63,356 bases of DNA from Chloroflexota bacterium (GTDB lineage Bacteria > Chloroflexota > Limnocylindria > Limnocylindrales > CSP1-4): the NCBI GenBank assembly GCA_021802585.1, contig JAJZRQ010000007.1, positions 1-63,356 of the forward strand. The letters are read 5' to 3'. The position numbers and the translations under genes were made by a program. This document shows, in pieces, positions 10,099 to 18,879 of the stretch (position 1 is its first letter; each line of letters opens with the position of its first letter). The notes beneath the pieces were generated by a model. The model had not been told where the DNA came from. It saw only the letters and a program-made list of their open reading frames with translations, and ran no database searches.

Positions 10099-10916
10099 GG
10101 CGACCCTTAGCGACGCGGATTGTCCAAGGTGCGCTGGTCATCGTCGTCGTGGCATCAGCGCTCCTTCCTGTCGCTTGGATGGCGATCGCGGGTTTCAAGA
10201 GCAAGACGGAGGTGGTCGCGACGCCCTTCCAGTTCTTCCCGAAGGTCTGGGAACTGGACAACTATGCCCAGATCCTCGGCGATCCCGTCTTCGTCCGGGC
10301 GATGACGATCACGTTCGTGGGCGCCGTGATCTTCACGATCCTGAGCCTCCTCGTGAACTCGACTGCGGCGTATGCATTCGCGCGTCTCGAGTTCCGCTTC
10401 AAGCGGGCGCTCTGGGCGTTCTGTATCGTGCCGCTGTTCATCCCGGCGTTCGCGATCCTGGTGACCTCGTTCGTCGTCGTATCGAACCTCGGCATGCTCG
10501 ATTCTCTGGCTGTCCTGATCATCCCGGGCGTGGCGTCCGCTTACCAGATGTTCTTCATCCGCCAGTTCTATCTCGGGATCCCGGTGGCCCTCGAGGAAGC
10601 GGCGATGATCGACGGGGCCAGCCGCTGGACGATCTTCCGCCGCATCTTCCTGCCTCTGTCGCGGGCGCCGTTCGTGGTCGTCGGCGTCGCCTCGTTCCTC
10701 GCCTACTGGAACGCGTACGTCTGGCCGATCCTCACGATCCAGAACCCGGACCTCTTTCAGATCCAGCAGTACATCGGCACCTTCCGCCAGGAGCGTGGGA
10801 GCGAGTGGGGGCTGCTCATGGCGGGCAGCTTCCTCTCCGCCCTTCCGCTGATCGTCATCGTCCTGATCTTCCAGCGATACATCGTCAACGGCGTCCGCAT
10901 CTCGGGCCTGAAGTGA
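10095..10916 (+). CDS. Carbohydrate ABC transporter permease
   Basis: AAYAFARLEF, IP.ALEEAAMIDGA, WNAYVWP, FQRYIV.G....GLK. Confidence 0.93.
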   Translation: MRRPLATRIVQGALVIVVVASALLPVAWMAIAGFKSKTEVVATPFQFFPKVWELDNYAQILGDPVFVRAMTITFVGAVIFTILSLLVNSTAAYAFARLEFRFKRALWAFCIVPLFIPAFAILVTSFVVVSNLGMLDSLAVLIIPGVASAYQMFFIRQFYLGIPVALEEAAMIDGASRWTIFRRIFLPLSRAPFVVVGVASFLAYWNAYVWPILTIQNPDLFQIQQYIGTFRQERGSEWGLLMAGSFLSALPLIVIVLIFQRYIVNGVRISGLK

Positions 10917-10929
10917 GCCTTCCGGCTGC

Positions 10930-13020
10930 ATGACACTCCGGGTTTCGACGGCGTCCCTGACGCTCGAGGTCGACGAAGAGACGGGCGCGATCGCCACTCT
11001 GCACAACCGTCCAGCGGGTCTCGACTTGATCACGAGGCGGCGGCGGGAGCCACCATTCCGGTTGGGCCTGGCCGGGCACGAGGTCGTGACGACCGTGCTG
11101 GCCTGCAGAGCCGTCCTGCATGACGGCCGAATCTCGATCGAATGGGACACCGACCGCGCGGTCACCCTCGTTGCCGACATCGCAGCGGGCCGCGACGACA
11201 TCCGCATCCACGTGTCGGCCACCAACTCCGGGGGCGCAACGATCGACCGGATCGAGTACCCGATCCTCGACGGGGTCGGGCGCCTCGCCGGCCCCGGCCA
11301 CGACACTCTGATCCACCCTCATGCGACGGGCATGCTCTTTCACGATCCCCTCGACCTCATCGAGCCGGATCCTGACAACCGCCGCCGCCTCGCCTCGTCG
11401 CCGTATCCGGAGGGCTTCGCCGGCTCGACGATGCAGTTCATGGCGTACGCGGCCCGCCGTCGCGGAGGGTTCTACCTCGCCACCGAGGATCCGGCCACGA
11501 ACCTGAAGTGGTTCAACGTCTTTGCCTCCGGTGACGGCCTCGCACTCTCGATCGTCCACAAGGTGGGCTTGCCGACGGCCAGTGCTTCCTTCAGTCCGGA
11601 CTATCCGGTTGTCCTGGCCGCGCTCGCGGGTGGCTCCTGGACCGATGCGGCCGACCGGTATCGGACGTGGGTTCTCGATCAACCCTTCGGGGCGGCCGCG
11701 CCGAGAGCGTCCTGGTTGCGCCGCGCGGTCGGGATCTCGACGTTCGGGATCAATGCGCGCCACGATCGATCGGCTTGGCTCGACGAGATCCATCGAATCG
11801 CCGGGACGCCGGTGTTCCATGTCCTTGGCCCGAATTGGGCGCGGACCGGACAGGACTACCAGAGCCATCTTCCGAAAGGTCGGGGCGACTGGTTCCCGGC
11901 ATCCTTCAACGACGCCAACCTGGCGACGATCCGCCGCAATGGCGATCGGTGGGCGCCGTTCGAATTCGACCTTCTCTGCGGCCACGACCCGGCCCGACCT
12001 GAGCCCGTCCTCGAGTCGCGGATCGTCCACGACCCCGACGACGTCACGCCGACCGACGCCGGTCTCCTGGGCTTTCCCTTGATGTGCGCGGGAACGGACT
12101 ACTGGCACGACTTCCACGCAGAGCGCGACGCACGACTCATCGCAGACCACGATCCGGACGCCTTGTACTACGACATCTCCGTCAGCAATCTCCTCATGGA
12201 GTGTCTGGCGGCGAACCACCGCCATCTCCCGGGCGCCGGAGCGAACATCATCGAAAGCTTCCGGAGGATGTACCGCGATACTGCGACCGCCACTGCGGCC
12301 GCGAAGGGAGCGGAGGTTCCTTCCGGCACCGAAGTGATGACCGAGGTGTTCCGGGCGCAATTCGACTACTACCAGGCGCGAGCGGAGGCGGGCCCGTACG
12401 CGCCATTCGAGGCGGCCCCATTTCGCGACTGGGTTCTCGCTGGCCGGGCGGAGAAGATCCCGCTCTTCACCTACGTGTTTGGAAGCCGGTCGCCAGTGCG
12501 GATGGACGGTTGGTCGAAGCTATCCGCGGGAACCGGCGACCTCTTCTACTGGACGGCCGCCACGGTGCTCCTGAATGGTGGGCTGTTCGAGCTCAACTAC
12601 GAGTTCAGCCCGCTCGAGGATCTCTCCGGCAGGTCGGACGAAGCCGCGGAGCACTACTACCCGTTCGCCGAGCGCCATGACCCGATCGACCCAGCCAAGG
12701 CGTCATTCGTCCGGACTGTCGCTCGGACCCGGATCGGCCCAGCCAACCGGTTTCTTGCGGACGGCGAGATGCTCCCGGCACCGCCGATCGATGCACCGCC
12801 GATCACGCTCGATTGGCGCGCCTGGAACATGAGCATGAAGGACGTCCACTACGACACGCACGGCGAAATGACGGTCCCAAGCGCCCTTGCGACCGCGTGG
12901 CAAGTCGATGGACGGACCGCCTGGTTGGTTGCCAATATCGCGCCCTCGCGCCAGACGATCCGCGTCGACGGGCGCGCCGTCGACATCGGCGGCCGAGACA
13001 TCGTTCTGATCGAAGGCTGA
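10930..13020 (+). CDS. Uncharacterised 696-aa protein, probably a DUF6259-like glycoside hydrolase fold
   Basis: Beta-rich N-terminus, then W.DAADRYR.W, MC.GT..W, DALYYD, GTE and IPLF.YV, a pattern recalling TIM-barrel GH-like proteins. It sits within the glycan operon. The family call is from memory only. Confidence 0.55.
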   Translation: MTLRVSTASLTLEVDEETGAIATLHNRPAGLDLITRRRREPPFRLGLAGHEVVTTVLACRAVLHDGRISIEWDTDRAVTLVADIAAGRDDIRIHVSATNSGGATIDRIEYPILDGVGRLAGPGHDTLIHPHATGMLFHDPLDLIEPDPDNRRRLASSPYPEGFAGSTMQFMAYAARRRGGFYLATEDPATNLKWFNVFASGDGLALSIVHKVGLPTASASFSPDYPVVLAALAGGSWTDAADRYRTWVLDQPFGAAAPRASWLRRAVGISTFGINARHDRSAWLDEIHRIAGTPVFHVLGPNWARTGQDYQSHLPKGRGDWFPASFNDANLATIRRNGDRWAPFEFDLLCGHDPARPEPVLESRIVHDPDDVTPTDAGLLGFPLMCAGTDYWHDFHAERDARLIADHDPDALYYDISVSNLLMECLAANHRHLPGAGANIIESFRRMYRDTATATAAAKGAEVPSGTEVMTEVFRAQFDYYQARAEAGPYAPFEAAPFRDWVLAGRAEKIPLFTYVFGSRSPVRMDGWSKLSAGTGDLFYWTAATVLLNGGLFELNYEFSPLEDLSGRSDEAAEHYYPFAERHDPIDPAKASFVRTVARTRIGPANRFLADGEMLPAPPIDAPPITLDWRAWNMSMKDVHYDTHGEMTVPSALATAWQVDGRTAWLVANIAPSRQTIRVDGRAVDIGGRDIVLIEG

Positions 13021-13064
13021 CGGCGGAAACCCGGCGGCACCCGGACTGAACCACACCCAGGAAG

Positions 13065-14138
13065 GTGGCGATCACGTTGGAGAGCGTTGAGTTCCTCGTT
13101 GGAAGCCCGATGTCCGGGTTGCCGCTGGTGCGCGACGCGACTTCGCGCCGAGTGTCGAGTTGGGATCGCACCGGCGGCAACGACGACCGCCTCCACATCC
13201 GGCCGGGAGAGCAGGCCATCCTCCTGGAGACCGAGCGACCGGGCTGCATCCGCCACATCTGGGTGACGATCGCCTGCGACGAGCCCGACTTCCTCCGCAA
13301 GATCGTCCTCCAGGCGTGGTGGGACGGCGAGGCCTCGCCGAGCGTCCATGTTCCGATCGGGGACTTCTTCGGGATCGGGCATGGCCAGACCCGGAACTTC
13401 GTCTCCCTCCCACTGCAGATGAGCCCCGAGGACGGTAAAGGCTTCAACTGCTGGTTCCCGATGCCGTTCGCCCGGTCGGCCCGGATCACCGCGACGAGCG
13501 AGTGCGCCGAGCACGAGGTCCTCTTCTACTACTACATCGACTACGAGGAGGTCGACGGAGTCCCGAGCGACATCGCCTACTTCCACGCCCAGTGGCGCCG
13601 CCAGAACCCGACCGACGGGATCCCGGAGAGCGGCCTGACGAATGAGGAGTACGAGTTCGGCGGGCACAACAAGACGGGCGACGGCAACTACGTGCTCCTT
13701 GAGGCCACCGGCCGCGGCCACTACGTGGGCTGCAACCTCAACATCCACAACCTCCGGGCTACGGACCAGTGGAACTGGTACGGCGAGGGCGACGACATGA
13801 TCTTCGTCGACGACGAGCCGTTCCCACCGAGCCTGCACGGCACGGGAACCGAGGACTACTTCAACACCGCGTGGTGCCCCACGCAGGGGTACTCGGCGCC
13901 GTATCACGGGATCACCATGCCGGGTGGCCCGAATTGGTCCGGCAAGATCTCGCTCTATCGGTTCCACATCGAGGACCCGGTCCGCTTCCGGCGGTCGATC
14001 CGGGCGACAATCGAGCACGGCCACGCCAACCACCGGAGCGACGACGTGTCGAGCACTGCCTACTGGTACCAGCAGGAGCCGCACGCCCCGTTCGACCTTC
14101 TGCCCGTGGCCGACCGGCTGCCGCGCGCCGACGGCTGA
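13065..14138 (+). CDS. GH172 (DUF2961) exo-alpha-D-arabinofuranosidase-like protein
   Basis: SSWDRTGGNDD, PG.IRHIW.T, PIGDFFG, FNCWFPMPF, YFHAQWRR, WYGEGDDM, GTGTEDYF, YRFHI.DP, IEHGHAN, SSTAYWYQ. Confidence 0.92.
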   Translation: MAITLESVEFLVGSPMSGLPLVRDATSRRVSSWDRTGGNDDRLHIRPGEQAILLETERPGCIRHIWVTIACDEPDFLRKIVLQAWWDGEASPSVHVPIGDFFGIGHGQTRNFVSLPLQMSPEDGKGFNCWFPMPFARSARITATSECAEHEVLFYYYIDYEEVDGVPSDIAYFHAQWRRQNPTDGIPESGLTNEEYEFGGHNKTGDGNYVLLEATGRGHYVGCNLNIHNLRATDQWNWYGEGDDMIFVDDEPFPPSLHGTGTEDYFNTAWCPTQGYSAPYHGITMPGGPNWSGKISLYRFHIEDPVRFRRSIRATIEHGHANHRSDDVSSTAYWYQQEPHAPFDLLPVADRLPRADG

Positions 14139-14141
14139 GCG

Positions 14142-14346
14142 GTGGCGTCGTCCTGGACGGACCAGCGGAGCCGGTCCTTCGACGCGAGCCACGCCGCGGT
14201 TGCATTCCCGCTGGGCGGGATCGGGACCGGCAACGTCTCGATCGGCGCGCGGGCGACGTGCGCGACTGGGAGATCTTCAACCGCCCAGCAGAGGGCAATC
14301 TGATGCCAACACGTTCTTCGCGATCCGCGCGGCCTGGCCGGCCTGA
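14142..14346 (+). pseudogene. N-terminal relic of a GH116 glycosidase with two frameshifts
   Basis: Across three frames from GTG 14142: MASSWTDQRSRSFDASHAAVAFPLGGIGTGNVSIGAR|GDVRDWEIFNRPAEGNLMP|NTFFAIRA. PLGGIGTG...RDWEIFNRP is typical of GH116 N-termini. Confidence 0.75.
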
Positions 14347-14665
14347 CCCGGCTTCCGCAGCTGGATCTCACGCGAGTATCTATGGGTGGTGACCCCGGCG
14401 GGTGGGTCGGGTGAGGCTCAGGCGCTGACTGCGTCGGTTGGCGCGAGCGCGACGTAGCGGGGCGGCTCGGCGATGTCCGCGGCCTTGAAGATCGCCGCCT
14501 GGCGCGGGGTGAGCTCGGTCCGCTGGAGAACGTCCCCGGCGGGGCCTGCGAAGCGCACGAGGTGGCGCTTCTCGAGCTCGAGCCGGAGGTTCCGCCAGGT
14601 GTCGCCAGCCGCCTGCTCGGCGATGCGGACCAGGCGCAGGGCGAGCCAGCGCCAGACCAAGACCA
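14347..14665 (-). mobile_element. IS1634-family transposase C-terminal remnant with its putative right end
   Basis: Minus strand reads WLALRLVRIAEQAAGDTWRNLRLELEKRHLVRFAGPAGDVLQRTELTPRQAAIFKAADIAEPPR (stop at 14418), like IS1634/IS1549-type C-termini. A candidate terminus CCCGGCTTCCGCAG at 14347 abuts the GH116 relic. Confidence 0.65.
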
Positions 14666-14693
14666 CCATGAATGACCCCGAAGGAGGACAGCG

Positions 14694-15251
14694 ATGAAGA
14701 TCCTTGTCGCCTACGCGACCCGACATGGCGCGACCCGGGGGATCGCCGAGCGGATCGCCCGGACGCTCGAACGACCTGGGCTCGAGGTCACGCTGCGGCC
14801 GGTCAACCAGGCGGGTGCGGTCGGCGAGCACGACGCCTTCGTCATCGGCGGCGCGGCCTACATGTTCCATTGGTTGAACGAGGCCACGAGCTTCGTGCGG
14901 CGGCATCGCTCCATCCTCGCGAGCCGTCCGGTCTGGCTGTTCAGCAGCGGCCCGCTGGGCACCGAACGGGTGGACGCGGAGGGGCAGGACGCGCTCGAGG
15001 CGGCGGAACCGCGCGAGTTCGCCGAGCTCGCGGCCGAGATCCTGCCGCGTGGCCAGCGGGTCTTCTTCGGAGCCTACGACCCGAACGCCAAGCCGATCGG
15101 CGTCATGGAGCGACTCACCCGGATGATGCCGGCGGCACGGGAGGCACTCCCCGCCGGCGACTTCCGTGACTGGCCGGAGATCGAGGCGTGGGCCGATGGG
15201 ATCGCCCGCGAGCTGCAGCGGGTTGCTGTCGGCGCGGACGCACGCGCCTGA
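14694..15251 (+). CDS. Flavodoxin-domain protein (HemG-like)
   Basis: MKILVAYATRHGATRGIAERIA, PVWLFSSGPLG, GDFRDW.EI.AWA. RBS AAGGAGG. Confidence 0.88.
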   Translation: MKILVAYATRHGATRGIAERIARTLERPGLEVTLRPVNQAGAVGEHDAFVIGGAAYMFHWLNEATSFVRRHRSILASRPVWLFSSGPLGTERVDAEGQDALEAAEPREFAELAAEILPRGQRVFFGAYDPNAKPIGVMERLTRMMPAAREALPAGDFRDWPEIEAWADGIARELQRVAVGADARA

Positions 15252-15289
15252 CTCCGACGCCCCGTCCCGAGGCCCGCTGCGGTCCCACG

Positions 15290-15590
15290 TGTTGCCGGCC
15301 GGCCCGCCGCCGAGGATGAGGAGGTCGTAGGCCGACCGGGCGGCGCGGAGCTGGAGCCCGAGCTTCTCGGCGAGCTCGGCGTTCGACGGCTCGAGGAGGT
15401 GGGTTCCGTCGCCGAAGACGATCGTGGGGATCGTCCGCCCGCCCCCCCTGGACTCCTCGACGAAGCGCCGGCCCGCCTCGTCGCGATCGATGGCGACCCA
15501 CGAGAACGGGATCCGCTGCTCGGTCAGGAACGCCTTCGAGGGGCGGTAGTCCGGGCACCACGGCGCGCCGTAGACGGTGATGCGATCCAT
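15290..15590 (-). pseudogene. Truncated glutaredoxin/mycoredoxin-thioredoxin reductase fusion
   Basis: VYGAPWCPDY (CxxC lost), TIPTIVF.DG..L.EPSN, then YDLLILGGGPAG, the start of an FAD domain. Homology breaks off there. Confidence 0.75.
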
Positions 15591-15650
15591 CGCCCCCTCC
15601 GAGGCTGGGGCCGACGGGACCGGGTGGTGCCGGATCCGGGGTCGAGCCGC

Positions 15651-16358
15651 TCAGGATGGACCCTTCGGCGAGAAGTAGTCGGGCGCGGGAGCCTCGAACG
15701 CCTGGTCGTCGATCGACCAGGCGAGGTGGACGGTCACCCCGACGACTCCGGGGACCATCTCGACCATCCGCTCGACCATCGCGACCGTCGCCCGGCGCTC
15801 GACCTCGCCGCGGATCGTCGCGACGCCGTCCGCCACCTCGACGGTGACCTTCGAGAGGTCGACCCAGAGCGCCCGGTGGAGCACCTCGCCGCGGATCGCC
15901 TCGGCGAGCTCTTCGTCGGTGCGGACGAACGTCCGCACGATGTCCGCGCGGGTGACGATCCCCACGAGGCGGCCGTCCGCGATCACCGGCAGGCGGTTCA
16001 CCTTCCGCCCGATCATGAGGGCGGCGGCCGCATGGACGGACTGCCCGGCGTCGATCGTGATCGCCGGCGCGGTCATCGCGTCGCCGGCCGTCCGCGCCTC
16101 GGCCTTCGCGAGGAGCCTCCGCGTTTCCGCGGAGTCCCCGAAGATCCGGGCGAGCGGCCGGCGCGGGAGCGCCTCGGGGTCCTGCTCCTTGACGAGCAGG
16201 TCGGCCTCGGAGACGACGCCGAGGACGCGGCCGGCGTCGTCGACGACGGGCAGCCCGCTGATGCGGCGCTCCACGAGGAGGCGGGCGACCTCCTTGAGCG
16301 GCGTCTCCGGCCGCACTGCCAGCACGGACCGGGTCATGATGTCCCCGACGGTCTCCAT
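15651..16358 (-). CDS. CBS-pair plus BON domain protein
   Basis: METVGDIMT, ISGLPVVD..G.VLGVVSEADLL, VNRLPV...GRLVGIVTRADIV, C-terminal V.V.DGVATIRGEV...VPGVVGV. Confidence 0.9.
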   Translation of the reverse strand: METVGDIMTRSVLAVRPETPLKEVARLLVERRISGLPVVDDAGRVLGVVSEADLLVKEQDPEALPRRPLARIFGDSAETRRLLAKAEARTAGDAMTAPAITIDAGQSVHAAAALMIGRKVNRLPVIADGRLVGIVTRADIVRTFVRTDEELAEAIRGEVLHRALWVDLSKVTVEVADGVATIRGEVERRATVAMVERMVEMVPGVVGVTVHLAWSIDDQAFEAPAPDYFSPKGPS

Positions 16359-16520
16359 CGCCGTCCCCTCCCTGTGCTCGTCCCGTCTGGCGCGGCGACG
16401 CCGCCGCGGGCCGCCCTCGAGCGTCCGGGCTCGCGCGCCTGTCGGCACCTCCTCCGGCCGCCCTGATCGTAGCGGCAGCAGGCGGCCCGTGACAGGGCCG
16501 AAATTCGGAGGATGACGGGC

Positions 16521-16615
16521 TGCCCGGCGCCCGGGGTCCCCTACCCGGCGCCCGGGGTCCCCTGCCCGGCGCCCGGGGTCCCCTGCCCGGCGCCCGGGGT
16601 CCCCTGCCCGGCGCC
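16521..16615. repeat. 21-bp tandem repeat, about 4.5 copies
   Basis: TGCCCGGCGCCCGGGGTCCCC repeated from 16521. The second copy has G>A, which creates the ribokinase TAG stop. Confidence 0.95.
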
Positions 16616-17521
16616 TGCGGCGTCGAGCTCGGCCGCAGTCGGCATCCCGCCGCGGGCGCCAGGGCGGGTCGTCGAGAGGCCCGCCGCCGCGACGGCGCGG
16701 CGGACGGCGACCGGGAGCAGGCGCCCGGCCGCGAGCGCCGCGGCGAGGGCGCCGTTGAACGTGTCGCCCGCGCCGGTCGTGTCGACCGGCCGGACCGGGG
16801 CGGGCGGGACCGCATCGGGGGGCGCGTCCCGGGCGACGAGGAGGGCGCCGCGCGCCCCGAGGGTCACGACGACGCTCCCGACGCCGGGGTGGGCCGCGAG
16901 GAGGCGGCGGGCCGCCGCTCCCGCGTCGCCCGGACCGGCGAGGACGGCGAGCTCGGCCTCGTTCGGCGTGACGACCGACGCCGCGTCGAGGACGGCCGGG
17001 TCGAGGCCGTCGGCCGGGGCCGGGTTGAGGATCGTCGCGGCCCCGGCGGCCCGCGCCGCGGCGAGGGCCGCGGCGACTGCCGCGGACGGGATCTCGCGAC
17101 AGGCGAGGATGACGTCGCCCGGCCCGACCGCGAGCGCGGCGAGCGCGGACACGGCCGCCGCCGGGGTGACGGCGCCATTTGCCCCGGGGGCGACGGCGAT
17201 GAGGTTCTCCGCGCGCTCGTCGACGACGACGAGGGCGACGCCGGTCGGGCGGTCGACCGTGGCGAGGTGCCGCGTGTCGATCCCCTCCGCGTCGAGGGCC
17301 GCCCGCGCCGCGTCGCCGAAGTCGTCCCGCCCGACGGCGCCGACGAACGCGACCGCGGCGCCGAGGCGGGCCGCCGCGACGGCCTGGTTGCCGCCCTTCC
17401 CGCCGTGGTGCCGGGCGACGTCGCCGCCGGTGACGGTCTCGCCGGGCCCCGGAAGGCGCGGCGCCACGACGACGAGGTCGACGTTCACCGACCCGACGAC
17501 GACGACGCGCCCGCTGCCCAT
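16541..17521 (-). CDS. rbsK: Ribokinase (PfkB family)
   Basis: VVVVGSVNVDL, GGKGGNQAVAAARLG, NPAPA, TPNEAE, DTTGAGDTFNG. ATG 17521. Confidence 0.9.
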   Translation of the reverse strand: MGSGRVVVVGSVNVDLVVVAPRLPGPGETVTGGDVARHHGGKGGNQAVAAARLGAAVAFVGAVGRDDFGDAARAALDAEGIDTRHLATVDRPTGVALVVVDERAENLIAVAPGANGAVTPAAAVSALAALAVGPGDVILACREIPSAAVAAALAAARAAGAATILNPAPADGLDPAVLDAASVVTPNEAELAVLAGPGDAGAAARRLLAAHPGVGSVVVTLGARGALLVARDAPPDAVPPAPVRPVDTTGAGDTFNGALAAALAAGRLLPVAVRRAVAAAGLSTTRPGARGGMPTAAELDAAGAGQGTPGAGQGTPGAGQGTPGAG

Positions 17522-17638
17522 CCCGACCTCCTCGGAGCCGTCCGCCAAGCGGACCAGCGTAGCGCGCGGACACAGGCCCGGCGGGCCCGGCGCGCCGGCG
17601 TAGGATGGGTGGCGGCTCCACCCGCCCGGGAGGTCACG

Positions 17639-18172
17639 ATGCTCCGGTTCCTCGCGAAGCTCTGCGGAATCCTCGTCGCGGCATCGATCGCCGCCAGCAT
17701 CGCCAGCGCCGTCGCCGCCCTCAACCTCAAGAGGCAGGCGCCACCGCGGCCGGATGACGCCGCGGACGAGATCGACCTCGTCGCGGTCATGGACGGCGCG
17801 GAGTACGCGAACCGCGCGCCCGCGTTCCGGGGCGGGCGGGTCATCTGCTGGTACGCGGGCGCCGGCGTCGACCTCCGCGAGGCGACGCTCGACCCGGGCG
17901 GCGCCGACCTCGAGGTGCGGACGGTGTTCGGCGGGACCCGGATCGTCGTCGCCCCCGGCGTCCCGGTCGACGTCAGCGGGCCGGCGATCTTCGGCGGCAT
18001 CTCCGACATGACGGCCGCCCCCGAGGCGCCCGCCGGCGCTCCCGCGCTCCGGATCACCGGCTTCACCGTCTTCGGCGGCCTCCAGATCATCGCCGCCGAG
18101 CGCGGCGAGGAGCTTGCGGCGTGGGCCACGGCGCCGGGACCCTTCCCCGGGCCCGAGGCGGCGCCCGCCTGA
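17639..18172 (+). CDS. Membrane-anchored LiaF/DUF2154-like beta-helix protein
   Basis: N-terminal TM helix. Motifs F.GG....YAG..VDLREATL, VFGG.RI.V, AIFGG, G.TVFGG. GGGAGG RBS. Confidence 0.7.
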   Translation: MLRFLAKLCGILVAASIAASIASAVAALNLKRQAPPRPDDAADEIDLVAVMDGAEYANRAPAFRGGRVICWYAGAGVDLREATLDPGGADLEVRTVFGGTRIVVAPGVPVDVSGPAIFGGISDMTAAPEAPAGAPALRITGFTVFGGLQIIAAERGEELAAWATAPGPFPGPEAAPA

Positions 18173-18218
18173 CACCGCCCGCCCCGGGCCCGAGGCGGCG
18201 CCCGCCTGACGCCGCCCG
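18145..18218. repeat. 37-bp tandem duplication spanning a stop codon
   Basis: CCCCGGGCCCGAGGCGGCGCCCGCCTGAC(A/G)CCGCCCG at 18145 and 18182. Confidence 0.85.
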
Positions 18219-18273
18219 CCTGACGCCCGGCCGCGCGGCGGCATCCCGGCCCGCGGCGCGGTAGAGTCGCGCC

Positions 18274-18879
18274 ATGGCGCGTCGCATCTTCGACCTCGGG
18301 CGACCCGACCGCTTCGTCGCCGGCACCGTCGGCGAGCCGGGCAGCCGGACGTTCTTTCTCCAGGCCCGCCGGGGCGGGACTCTCGTCTCCGTCGTCCTCG
18401 AGAAGGTCCAGGTCCAGGTCCTCGCCGAGCGGATGGCCCTCCTCCTCGGCGAGGTGGCCCGGCGCGGCATCCGCGTTCCGGAGGCCCTCGCGCCGGGCGA
18501 CGAGGACAGCGCCCCGCTCGAGGAGCCGCTCGTCGAGGCCTTCCGCGTCGGGACGATGACTCTCGCCTGGGACGGCGCGAGCGACGAGATCCTCGTCGAG
18601 GCCCGGGCCCAGGTCGAGGAGGACGAGGAGGACGAGGAGGAGGACGCGACCGCCGACGAGGAGGACGAGGAGGAGGACGAGGAGGAGGACGAGATCCCCG
18701 ACGACGACCCGGAGGGCCCCGACCTCGTGCGGGTCCGCCTCACGCCGGTCCGGGCCCGGGCGTTCGCGGAGCGCGCCCTCCGCACGGTCGCGGCCGGGCG
18801 CCCCCCGTGCCCGCTCTGCGGGCAGCCCCTCGACCCGCGCGGCCACCTCTGCCCGCGCCGCAACGGGTACGTGCACTGA
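18274..18879 (+). CDS. DUF3090 family protein
   Basis: PDRFVAGTVGEPG.RTFFLQAR, LEK.QV, FRVG.M.LAWD, V.AGRPPCPLCGQPLDP.GH.CPR.NG. Long D/E tract. Confidence 0.9.
   Translation: MARRIFDLGRPDRFVAGTVGEPGSRTFFLQARRGGTLVSVVLEKVQVQVLAERMALLLGEVARRGIRVPEALAPGDEDSAPLEEPLVEAFRVGTMTLAWDGASDEILVEARAQVEEDEEDEEEDATADEEDEEEDEEEDEIPDDDPEGPDLVRVRLTPVRARAFAERALRTVAAGRPPCPLCGQPLDPRGHLCPRRNGYVH

Noticed and set aside
14135-14138. Third CTGA overlap as a CUG start
   Set aside because: The GH116 homology is in the frame of GTG 14142, so no CUG start is needed.
14418-15590. 390-aa ORF that looks like a glutaredoxin-transposase fusion
   Set aside because: It is a chance read-through of a truncated Grx-TrxR start, the antisense of the flavodoxin gene and an IS1634 tail.
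16521-16615. 21-bp repeat as a possible CRISPR array
   Set aside because: The units are contiguous with no spacers, and there are no cas genes.
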